Below are positions 40,901-51,577 of a stretch of DNA of 64,000 bases, in pieces. The notes under the pieces are model-generated. The model saw nothing but the letters and a program-made list of their open reading frames with translations. It was not told the origin of the DNA and ran no database searches. This DNA is from Obrimoposthia wandeli. Taxonomy: Eukaryota. The stretch lies in NCBI GenBank assembly GCA_977020255.1, contig CDROCS010000137.1:62001-126000 (forward strand). Direction: 5' to 3'. The translations under genes and the position numbers were made by a program. Every line of letters starts with the position of its first letter. The stretch's first letter is position 1.

Positions 40901-43391
40901 GTCGTGTGCTGTGTCGACAAAACGAGCGAGCCAGAAGCAACGAATGCACAAATGCATATCTGCACAACTACATTCTCGTTCACATTTATTGATGATTGGA
41001 GGAGATCCAAGCTTTCACGCTGTCGCTGTCTCTGCTGTAGGGGGCAGCACCTTGTTATAGAGAGAAAAAGAGAAGGTTGCACTCTGCTGTTGCTACTGCC
41101 ACTATCGCCTATAATGTCGCTGCCACTCCTTCTTCCCTCCTCTTGGCATCTCCATCACCGGCATGGATCGATCCCGGTAGGGATACTGACTGTGTGTGTG
41201 TGTGCACGCTTTGCACCGATTCACCTCTACTGTGTGTGTGTGCGTGGATTCATATCTCACTCTCCAATCTCGTGGTCCCTACCAGTGACATTTGCTGATA
41301 GGGAAGCAGGTGCTGCCAAAATTTGCATTGGCACATATATCGATTTTTATTCAATATAACAGCGGATTCTATTGCCTGTATAACCATAAATTTTAGATTT
41401 AGTAGTTGATACAATTTTTAGTGAAATAGAAGCTCTACGATTTTAACAATTTTATGCCCTACGATTTGTAACAATAAAAATAGAAATCTCTATTATATTA
41501 ACATATATATATTTATATATTTATATATATATATATGATGCACTGATGATTCCGCATGTGTGTATCACACGCTGGCTCCCTCGTCAGTTGCTGTGAATCA
41601 GTGTTGTCATCTGTGGATTTTTCTTTCTGACGAATGCCGACGTGTTTTCCGGATGCCAGATGCCTAGAGAAAAGTAGTGAATAAAACAACACAACAAATG
41701 TGATTTAGACACAATTTTTCTTGCTGTATAAAATTTTAAATAAAATTATCTAATCAATTTTCAAAGAAAAATATATTATTTGAGCGAATAACCACAGTTT
41801 TGTCATTCTTATCGAAAGAAGCGAACCCACATTTCTATTCTCAACATATATATATTATAAATTCTGGCAATCGCCTATATTTTGTTGCTGTACTTATACA
41901 AAACTCTCCCCAATCACATCATGCCTGGATAAGAGTGGGTAGGCTTAGAGTGATACAAGCGGGGAGAAAAGGCACCAAAAGCTAAAATGCTACCATTACA
42001 AGGTAAGTAAGATATAAAAATGGCCAATTTCTACACAAAGCATGGGTATCATTGTCAGGATAAGTTTATATTATTTAAAAAAAGATTTTGTAGCAAATTA
42101 TACATTTATTTTATTGATTACAAAGCTTGCTTTTATACTGTATTGAAATTATTTTCCAATTTAGAAATGACAAAAATTGTACTCAGAAGATTTCCGAAAA
42201 CTTTGGAGAAACAGGAAGACAAAAGCTCTGGTGAAATTAGAAAGCTTTTACAAAATCTACATGTTTGATAAAGTAGACTTTATACCACTTAGATACATTG
42301 TCGGCATTTCTTCCAAATATGAAAAGACTTTTTAGTGTAAAAGACTAAATATGGGAAATGACTTTAGGTTTTAACATGATAATTGTGTTATGTTTTAATA
42401 ATTAATAATTAAATAATTAACTTGAAATACAGAAATACCCACAGTCTGGGAGGTGAAATCTTTCAGTCTCCGACGGGGAAAACTTTTTTCTCTCTGACAG
42501 ACTCTTCAGGAAGAAGGTGCAAATTTTGATCTCCGACATCACCAGTTTACTGCGAAGTCGGAGATAAGACTAGGGAAATGACAGATTGGTTTTTCATGCA
42601 CAAAGGTCATCTCTTACAACAAGTGGTCTTCGGGGTTGCCTATTTCCCTGGCCAGATTTCCCTATCGGTATTATCTCCTATCTCTGATGTCTCACTCTCT
42701 TCACAACCTTAGCTGTCTTCCATCTCCTCTTCCTCTCTCATCTCCTTCTGGTGAATCTGTCTTCCATCCCTGATCCAGCACTCTTTATCACGACAACTAA
42801 GTTGACCAGCTACATGCTGACCCCTCTCTACTCTCCCTGTGATTTCTGTCTCCTCATCGCTGACTCTGTCTCTCTGTCGTACCGAACTTACTCTTGCTAA
42901 AAATTATAAAATTATAAAATGTCTTGTGTTTTTTGCTTCTTCTTCTTGTTTTTCTGTGTCGGTCTGCACGAATTTGTCACCAACTGAACAACAAAGATAC
43001 ATACTATGTGCAGAGATATGCTCTCTAACCACTTCTCTCTCTCTGCAGCATATACCAAAGATATTCCTGGTTTAGCTCATCAATGATCATTTATTCTGTT
43101 TTTAATGTAGTATGCTTGATTTAGATGAAATTGACTGACGAACTCTCCCTTTTTGAGTTCCAGTGTACCGCTCGTCTCTGTTGACTCCTAGTTATATCTC
43201 GTGGCTACAGATACACACACACTGGTGCAATTAAAGAAGCACTGCTACAAGTGATGTCACAATTAAAAATCGTTTAAACAATTCCAGAAATCAATTTTGC
43301 AATAAACTTCAATTACCACAAATTACACAAAATTTTGATTTTTGTTACTTGAACTTCGCAAGTAGGGGGATATTTAGGTGTCTTTTAAACC

Positions 43392-43651
43392 GTGCAAGTG
43401 TGTGGAGTGAAATTGCGTGCATGTGTGTGGAGTGAAATTGCGTGCATGTGTGTGGAGTAAGGTTGCGTGCATGTGTGTGGAGTGAAATTGCGTGCATGTG
43501 TGTGGAGTAAGGTTGCGTGCATGTGTGTGGAGTGAAATTGCGTGCATGTGTGTGGAGTAAGGTTGCGTGCATGTGTGTGGAGTAAGGTTGCGTGCATGTG
43601 TGTGGAGTAAGGTTGCGTGCAAGTGTGTGGAGTGAAATTGCGTGCATGTGT
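43392..43651. repeat. Minisatellite, 25-bp unit GTGTGTGGAGT(GAAA/AAGG)TTGCGTGCAT, ~10 copies
   Basis: Direct inspection. Confidence 0.95.
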
Positions 43652-44249
43652 CTAATCAAACCCTATTTTATGTTACTTGGAATGATTTTTTTTGTATAAT
43701 TTTTGCTAGGCGAACGTTATCGGCAAAATAACTTGGACAGCTGGGAAAATTGCGTATCAACCCAAGACGAATTGGATTGGATTTCACCAGACTAGAGAAC
43801 CGCCAAAAGGAAGCAACTCGTATTTAGTGCTGGAAATCGGTAAATTAACAAAGTTATTCGAAGTATTGTTTTGAAGATAAATTAAGTATAAAGAAATTTG
43901 AAGGTTTCATTTTAAGAGTAAAGTAATTTATATATAACGTATTTTGAGGTATTGTCTCGAAGTAATCAGTTATTTGGAACATAAAGTATTATTTCTGAAC
44001 TGTAATGTATTACAGTAAATATGAACTAGGGACAAACTAGTAAGGTTTCGTACGAGTGTCGCCACACTAGAACCAGTAGTGTAATATAGTGTTAAGGATT
44101 TGAGAATTGAAGTATTTTTTTGTATGTTGGTAATAATAATTAAACTCTTAATTCAAACTTTGTGTGTATCATTTCTAGAATTTTTCCCTCAGTAAGTTTA
44201 GTGTTGATTTAAAGATACTAGAATCAACTTACCGGATGAGAATTAAACA

Positions 44250-44585
44250 GTCCTGAGTCCTGATATTTTCAGAGGGTTACCGTAGGCACTGATTGAGATC
44301 GGTTTAATTTTTGCCTTTTTCTGGTCTAGGCTTTGCCAAACTATTTTTTTAATTCAAATTTGGCCTAACCGTCTTGTTGATTCAGCCCCACACAGCATTA
44401 CAATAGTTTTAGGAAAATTTTACGTTATCCTGTACACAACTCTGTAACACATCGCAAAAACTTTCATCGACTAAAACAGGTAGGCCACATCCATATGTAA
44501 GCTCTATCGCTACAGAACTGACGTTTGGGGCCTCAATACAAGGATTCTAAGTTTGAAAGAAAATTCCAACATTATTGTTATCAGA
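44250..44585 (-). repeat. Dispersed repeat family copy
   Basis: Homologous to 33190-33485 and to the core at 1941-2045. Confidence 0.6.
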
Positions 44586-45372
44586 GTTAATAAAGATTTT
44601 ATATCAACTACTACCTCTTCGATCAATCTTCTCTCAAAACCATGTATTTAAGAATATAAGATTAAAACATCAACTTATACGGCTTTTGTAGAAAATTTTT
44701 CTAACCCAGAGATTTGAGAGTGTTTGATTTAACCAAATAAACACTTTGCTAATTTATCTCCTAGAACCTCCTAAACATCGTTATATTTTCTTCTAATACC
44801 ATTCTTGGCTTTATTTCCCTCCCCTAAAACATTATATACATTAATTTCCCTTCTAAACCAGTTAAGTATCGCCAATTTCCTAAACATCTTATTCATTTCT
44901 CTTCTATGCAAAAACCTATCTTCTTAAACTTCCTAAATAGACCGTCAATTTCTCTTATAAACTTTTGAATAGCACAAATCTCATATAAATTCCATCAATT
45001 AATTTCAAACATTCTTCTTCCTTATTGGGTATATAGAAATATCATTGAATTAGGAGCTTTGATTATAATTTAGTTCAATCATCTAAGCTGCCTATAGAAG
45101 TTTGTGAGAGTTGATGACTGTATTATTGACAAAATGGATGAAATATTTCATACAGAGGAACCTAATAATTTGCTGTTTCTAGAAAAATAATAAAACATTT
45201 CATTATTTAGGAATAATAAAATTAAATCAACTTTTAAATTATAATAGCGAATCTAAAATTATTATGTAATAAGCTGTGTCATAAATGTTAGCATGGTTTT
45301 AGATTTCAAAATGTATACGATAAACGTCTTCAATTTTGTTCATTGAGTAAAGAAAGGCAATCACTTTACAAA

Positions 45373-45482
45373 ATTGTTGGGGTTTCTATATGAAACTGTC
45401 TTTCTAATATAGATCCTCTTTAGTGGAGGGCCCCAACGTGAGTTCTATAGAAGCAGGACTTGTAGATGTTTGTGGCCTACTT
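45373..45482 (+). repeat. Dispersed repeat family copy
   Basis: TTGTTGGGGTTTCTAT...GGCCCCAACGTGAGTTC...TGTGGCCTACTTAAT is shared with 1941-2045. Confidence 0.7.
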
Positions 45483-47439
45483 AATGTTATGCTTGCCTGT
45501 CTCAATTCTTATCTGAAGGTTTGTTGTTTCTAAATTTTAAGGGTCTATAACAACGCTTTCTAGTTGTAGGAAATCGTTTATTACTAAGCACACTAAATTA
45601 ACACGTCTAAATACGTTCTAAAATTTACAATACAATTCCTAAAAACTTCCGTAAGTCTCTACACAAGTGGGGATGATCCACGTATCGATTTTATTTTAGG
45701 GTTGGTTTACTTTATTAGAGTTTTTACTCTAAAATGCGACAAGGTTAAAGTAGTAGATTTTTTGGAGAGCTGGTTGCTCTAAATAGTGAATATGTTTAGA
45801 GAGCTGGTTGCTCTAAAATATGTGCTGATTTTAACCTTAACTTTGATTTTTTTATGTTCACTCAAATTTTTTGATTCACACCCAAAATAATTAATTTAAA
45901 ATTCTCGCTTACTTTTAAATTTCACTTCTAAACCCAATCGGTTTAATTCTTCAACAATTTAATCGCTTTATGACTTCAATAAGTCAAACCTTAATTACTT
46001 CAATAGTATAAATGATCCAAACTTTAACACTGGGTTTCCTTTTTATGACTTCAGTAAGTCAAACTTTATGTAATTCAAAAATATAAAATTCCAAATTTAA
46101 CAGTATTTCAATAATATAAAATTCCAATGCTTTTATACCTTTATTTCAGTGCTTCCACAAGTTGGTTGCCGTGTCCTACGGTCGTTCGGTTCCTCGTTTT
46201 CAGTTTCTATAGTTGTCGTGAGTTATAATAATTCAATTATTATTCTCACTTTTCCGTCTAGTTTGAAAAATGCCAGTGAAATCCTTGTGCAACGGAATAA
46301 CTTCTCGTTAGCGACTGAATCTGCTAAATTCGAGTCTGTTTTCGTTTTTATGTTTTTTGGGCGCAATTTACAATTTTCTTTCCTTTTATATGGCTGTGCG
46401 GCTTTCTCTAAAAGGAATTCAATATTGCACTTAATCCTAAGTGTACTCACTTGTCTGGAGTTCCAGCTGCTAGATTCCCACTGCGGAATCGATTATCTTC
46501 GCTGCGACTAATGGATCGGAATTGATTAGTTTCGCTGCTGAACTTGTGTACTGTTTGGATCTCACCTATGAGTTGGTCTGATAGCGCTAATTCTACAAGG
46601 GAGAAAAATCAATTTAGCTAAGTGCTAATGTTTCTTACCTTGGCTCTTTTTCAATTAGTCTTCTTTCCTTAATTTCTTGATTTGTTCATATTTTCTTTTT
46701 GGGGGCCTTTTACTTTAATTTTAACCTCTATATATATCGCACACTAAACATGACCTGTCAAGGTCCTAATATTTTCTACAAAACTATATTTAATTTCAAC
46801 TTTTATTTATATTTAAATTTAATTCAATCTACATATTTTAACCTTGCTTTCAAGGATTTTTATTTTAGTATAAAATCAATTAATTATTTAAAATTATTCA
46901 AACCCTAATCCTAACAAAATGCATCGAAAATATTTTGCGAAGTTAGAATATATTTCTATTACTCTTTCAGTTAAATTCGTATATTATACAGACTTCAAAT
47001 TATTATTTGTACCGGATGAAACATACAAACAAATTCGTATGCCTATTGCTCCAAGGTTATTCTTTTAAACACCAACAATACATAGTTTCTATCATTACGT
47101 AGAAAACTCCATTGTTTTTAGAAGAACTACAAGATGTAATGGAGCAAAATGTAAGACCATTGTTTGATGTTAATATTTATAAATTACTTCAACTGACTGA
47201 TGTTTAATTATTTTTATAATTATTTTTATAGTTATGTTTTAGAAGTTTACATGACACGTACACACCTGTTGTTGAATAATAGATCAATTGAATATAGATT
47301 TAGAGTAAATGTAATCCTCGGAAAACTATTATGTGTGCATGTCTTAAACATTGTTAGGGTTAAATGAACTCATACTGTATGGAATGCACACGGCTGTTAG
47401 AATCAAAATATATTTTACTGTAGGTTTCGTCATAAGGTT

Positions 47440-47890
47440 TAAGAATATCGATGTATCAAAATGTTTTTTATTAATTTCCTATTTTAAAAGAGGGGTTTTT
47501 GGAATGTTTCTCAATATTTTTTGTACCAATATATGCATTAGGATCCTTACCAATGGCAGTGAATGCTTTATGTAGTCTTACAAAAATATCAAGTATACCA
47601 TTTCTTTTTTGTATACCTGCAATATAATCCATATTCTTTTTCAAATTTAAAGCTTTCATATCAACTCCACCAACTTATCTACTTAAAACATTCCCTAATA
47701 AAAAAGGATTTCTTATTAAATTATTATTGTTTATAAAGGAGAAAACCAAGTAAAAATAAAGATAAAAAACATTTATTTACTAATTCCATCAATTATTTTC
47801 CAAATAGGAGTTACCAAACCACTAGAATCGATCTTGTAACCTTGTATCTTGATATTGATATTCCATTGAGTAGGTAGAAGGATAGAGTCT
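47440..47890 (-). pseudogene. Fragment of a second, diverged Maverick: homologues of the basic protein and of the 129-aa ORF C-terminus
   Basis: DYIAGIQKRNGILDIFVRLHKAFTAIGKDPNAYIG vs DYLRGIQ...GMLDIFVKLDKLTKAFEKDPSAYLG; QWNINIKIQGYKIDSSGLVTPIWKIIDG vs EWIISIRIQGCKIGPSGLETPIWKIIDA; same order and strand. Confidence 0.9.
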
Positions 47891-48572
47891 AGATCACTTG
47901 ACCCCGCCCTTGTGCGCACACAATGTTAAAGGATTTTACAACATAAAGGTATCACACCATAAGGGTGTCAGACCATAGAAATGTCACACCATAAAGGTAT
48001 ATGTTGACTCACAATAAGGGTGTCTTGCCACACCATAAGGGTCTGGCTCAGAAAGGTTAAGATAGGGGGAAGGTGGAAGGGTCAATTGATCTAGTCTCCA
48101 CCCTTCTTTTTGTCAACCACTAAAGGGTTGTGGTCGTCCATAATTTAAAGGGTCAGGCAGAGTTTTGATTTGAAGGTTTTAAGGTATGGTCGTGACCGTC
48201 TATGGTCAACCAACATATCTAAAGGGTCATGGTCGTCCATAGGTGAAAGGGTCGGGCTAAAACAAAATCAAGTTTAAAATATCAAAGTTTTAGTACATGG
48301 TTGGAGTCATCTTTAGAAGGTGAATTCATCCATAAAGTATGGCCGTCCATAAATCAAAGAGTCGAGCTATAGACCAAATCAAGTTGAAAATATCAAGGTT
48401 TTAGTACATGGTTGGAATCACCCTTAGAAGGTGAATTCATCCATAAAGATATGGTCGTCCATAGATGAAGGGTTAAAAAAATAGTTGGAATTTCATAGTT
48501 ATAAGTACATGGTTGTGTTTGTCAACATATTACGAGTTTAATCATGTAAAAATTTTAGGGTCGTTTACAAGG
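47890..48572. repeat. Degenerate repeat array (CACACCATAAGGG, GGTCGTCCATA motifs; ~105-bp imperfect tandem duplication at ~48235-48470)
   Basis: Direct inspection; lies between the diverged Maverick fragment and the left TSD. Confidence 0.65.
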
Positions 48573-48578
48573 TAAGGG

Positions 48579-49089
48579 AGTAGGGGGATGTGTGACTTCT
48601 GGAACAAAGACCGTGGGAAAATTTCAAGAGCGTGGGAACCCCCCCCCCCCTGAGGACAAAAATCTAGGTCAAATTTTTTGATGAGGACAAAAATCTAGGT
48701 CAAAATTTTTGAAATTTGCCCGAAATTTTTTGAAAATTTTGAAAACTTTTGAAATTTGCGCCAAAAATTTATAATATAGGTCAAAATTTTTGAAATTTGC
48801 GCGAAAATTTTTGAATTCAAATTTTTTATGACAGATGTAGGTCAAATTTCTCCCGAGTACACATGATTTTTTATTTAAAGTCATGAGGACAACTTGAGGT
48901 CACGATGAGGACAAGATGTAGGTCATGACGTCATGAGGACAATGTACTTTAAGGTCAAGTTAAGGTCATGACGTCATGAGGACAACTTAAGGTCACGGTG
49001 AAGTCAAAAAGATTCTATTTTTAGTAACATACTTTAAATCTATATCTATCTAACAAAGACAGTCACGCATCTATATTGCAAAAACCTGC
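48579..49089 (+). repeat. Left terminal inverted repeat (511 bp)
   Basis: Reverse complement of 63482-63994 except for a ~45-bp divergent patch and minor differences. Confidence 0.97.
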
Positions 49090-49190
49090 AAATTTATGTA
49101 ATCAATAGTAACATTTATTCTTATACATGTATATATATATATATGTGTGAGTGTCTAACAAAGACGTACTGCATCTATATTGCAATCTAA

Positions 49191-49571
49191 TTACAAAGTT
49201 TTTGGTCGGTTTGCTAAAAAGTTTAGTTTTGGACCAAGATAGGCACTAGGATCCTTTTCAAATGCTTTTGTAAGTTTATCTAATTTTACAAAAATATCAA
49301 GCATACCATCCCCTTTTTGTATACCATCTCCTTTTTGCACTCGTTTCTGATTTTGTATACCTCTCAAATAATCCACATTCTTTTTGTGCTTTATAGATTT
49401 TTTATCAACTCCGCCAAACCATCTACCTAAAAGATTTGCTGCCATCATATGAATACCCAAACCCTCCATGATTTTCTTTTTACTCATAGTCTTTTTACTC
49501 ATAGTCTTTTTACTCATAGTCTTTTTAACCTTAGTCTTTAATGATTTAGTAGGTTTTTTAGTCATTTTCAT
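49191..49571 (-). CDS. Small Lys-rich basic protein (KKTMS repeats, QKGDG x2); candidate DNA-condensing core protein
   Basis: The start is placed at MKMTKK (49571) because TATAAAC sits 24 nt upstream. A homologue is conserved at 47471-47700. Function is inferred from composition. Confidence 0.75.
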   Translation of the reverse strand: MKMTKKPTKSLKTKVKKTMSKKTMSKKTMSKKKIMEGLGIHMMAANLLGRWFGGVDKKSIKHKKNVDYLRGIQNQKRVQKGDGIQKGDGMLDIFVKLDKLTKAFEKDPSAYLGPKLNFLANRPKTL

Positions 49572-49656
49572 AATAAATATTAAAGTATCACTATTGTTTA
49601 TAATATAATAATAAATAATATATATAAAATAATACAAATAAAGACACAAAAATTTA

Positions 49657-50046
49657 TTAGTCAACTCTAACAGCATCAATTATTTTCCATATCGGAGTTT
49701 CCAATCCACTGGGCCCGATCTTGCATCCTTGAATTCTGATTGAGATAATCCATTCTAGCTTAGGAGGAGGTGCTTCGTATATTGTTCCATTCTCATGCTT
49801 GAAAGTGGCAGTTGATCCTTTGATTACGAATTTGTTTTCCTGAAGTGCATAGTTGATTCCGAATTGAGTTAAGAGAATATTGATTCTCTCTTTATCCACA
49901 GAAGTCAAATTTGATATTTCAAAATCAAATTTAAGCGGCTCGATGTTGACAGGAAAAATAAAATTATAGTTATGAGCTTTCTTCAAAAAGTGCATCTCAT
50001 ATCCATAATATGTATGCATAGGTTGATATAGCTTTTCGAAATTCAT
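49657..50046 (-). CDS. Conserved hypothetical Maverick protein, 129 aa
   Basis: Intact ORF; the C-terminus is conserved in the neighbouring remnant (47773-47890). Confidence 0.8.
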   Translation of the reverse strand: MNFEKLYQPMHTYYGYEMHFLKKAHNYNFIFPVNIEPLKFDFEISNLTSVDKERINILLTQFGINYALQENKFVIKGSTATFKHENGTIYEAPPPKLEWIISIRIQGCKIGPSGLETPIWKIIDAVRVD

Positions 50047-50159
50047 ATTGACAATTATAAATTGAAATATTCAATTGTTTATCCTCTAAAGCTCGATTCT
50101 AATTGGTCGATATTCTTGTTTATGAAAATCGATTAGTCTCAATTGGTTAACATTCTTGT

Positions 50160-50360
50160 TTATCGTCTAGTATTAGTCATATCCTTAAAGGGCTCACGTT
50201 CTTCGGTTACGCGCGTAGGACTTGTTATTGTTTGACTTGATGGATTAATATTTTCTCTCTGATTATTTCTATTATAATTCATATTAGAATATAAATTACT
50301 ACCGGAACCTATGTATGTACTAGCTCTACTTTCATTATTTTGATTATTTTGATTATCCAT
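50160..50360 (-). CDS. Small Asn/Ser/Thr-rich hypothetical protein (MDNQNNQNN..., 66 aa)
   Basis: ORF with TATAAAC 27 nt upstream of the ATG; no recognisable domain. Confidence 0.5.
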   Translation of the reverse strand: MDNQNNQNNESRASTYIGSGSNLYSNMNYNRNNQRENINPSSQTITSPTRVTEEREPFKDMTNTRR

Positions 50361-50397
50361 TTTCAATAAAATCATTATCAAAATATTGTTTATACTA

Positions 50398-50484
50398 AGA
50401 CAAAGACATCACATGTCATTACTTGCAAATAGTTGCAAATAGTTGTAATGTGGTCTAAAAATAGATTTTCACTTACTATATAAG
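50398..50484 (+). promoter_or_regulatory. ~70-bp repeated upstream element (copy 1) plus TATATAAG box of the IAP gene
   Basis: AGACAAAGACATCACATGTCATTACTTGCAAATAGTTGCAAATAGTTGTAATG...TGGTCTAAAAATAGATTT recurs at 52126 and 52221; TATATAAG at 50477-50484. Confidence 0.7.
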
Positions 50485-50512
50485 CTAGACAATTTCATCA
50501 TTCAATTTTGTT

Positions 50513-51514
50513 ATGACTACTAAATTTATTGCACATTATGTTTCAGAAAACGGAGAAATCCCCATTAGACGACGGCGTTTTGATAATATTTCAAGAATAA
50601 ATGAAAATATGATATATGAAGAAAGAAGATTAGAATCGTTACAAGCAAAGTTTACTGGTTTAGCCCATAAGAAAGCTTTAGCAAAAGCAGGATTTTACAA
50701 GCACAATGATTCGAAAGATAATGTAAAGTGTATTTACTGTCAGGGAGGAATATCAGGATGGGAGTACTATCTGAAACCAATGAAGCGACATCAGCTATTT
50801 TTCCCAAGATGCCCGTTTGTTTTGAAAATGAATGTTTCAAACGTACCAATAATTGATTCCAGCACCACCCAAATTGATTTTGATACAACTCCAATGGATA
50901 AAGTAGTTATTGTGCGCAATAATTATTCTAATGATATTGAAATACCTACATTATCGATTTTCGATCATGTATATATTTGGAATGATTCTTATCGATGTTG
51001 TTTCTGTCGGAAAGCAGTACCCCGACTTGACCTTATTGATACTATGCCCGAAAGAATCTTTCATACTCGAGATTGTAAAGCATCTAGTATGGGAATCAAG
51101 AACGGATGTATTGTTGAATATCATATTAGTAATGATGAAATTGATGCCCAGATGGAAACTCGTCAAATAGTTTTGCTGAAACGTGATTACAGCCATGATA
51201 GAATCAAAGCCGTTTTAGTTAATAGGTTTAAAACATTCGGTAATAAATATGATTCTATATATGAGTTTATAACGGATTTAAGGTCTTTAGAAATAAAATC
51301 TGAACCAAAACATCGGATAAATTATCTCGAGTACCTCTTACCAAATCCCGAATGTGTTGTTTGCATGAGTGATGCGATTTCCGTGGCATTTTTACCATGC
51401 GGTCACTTAAACACGTGTATTAAATGTTCAGATCGTTTTATTACATGTCCATATTGCAAGACAATTATCATTAGACGAGTAAGAAATATTAGATTTCATA
51501 GCATAGGCAATTAA
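50513..51514 (+). CDS. iap: Inhibitor of apoptosis (BIR + degenerate BIR + RING), 333 aa
   Basis: Exact BIR pattern CX2CX16HX6C preceded by AGFY; second partial CX2C..H..C; C-terminal IAP-type C3HC4 RING (CVVC...LPCGHLNTCIKC...CPYC). Confidence 0.95.
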   Translation: MTTKFIAHYVSENGEIPIRRRRFDNISRINENMIYEERRLESLQAKFTGLAHKKALAKAGFYKHNDSKDNVKCIYCQGGISGWEYYLKPMKRHQLFFPRCPFVLKMNVSNVPIIDSSTTQIDFDTTPMDKVVIVRNNYSNDIEIPTLSIFDHVYIWNDSYRCCFCRKAVPRLDLIDTMPERIFHTRDCKASSMGIKNGCIVEYHISNDEIDAQMETRQIVLLKRDYSHDRIKAVLVNRFKTFGNKYDSIYEFITDLRSLEIKSEPKHRINYLEYLLPNPECVVCMSDAISVAFLPCGHLNTCIKCSDRFITCPYCKTIIIRRVRNIRFHSIGN

Positions 51515-51577
51515 GCAAATCTAAAAATAGATGTTCAAATTGTATAAATAGAAGAAATCAGTTTATAATAATCAGAA

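Noticed and set aside
39995-41360. His/Gln/Ser-rich low-complexity stretch resembling a transcription-factor exon
   Set aside because: Every frame is interrupted by stops and no DNA-binding domain is visible; it cannot be supported without RNA data.
42420-43080. Possible LINE ORF1-like remnant (RRPLVVR) on the minus strand
   Set aside because: A single short motif with many stops; insufficient evidence.
50652-51196. Short antisense and alternative-frame ORFs within IAP (similarly within INT, MCP and polB)
   Set aside because: Shadow ORFs of well-supported genes.
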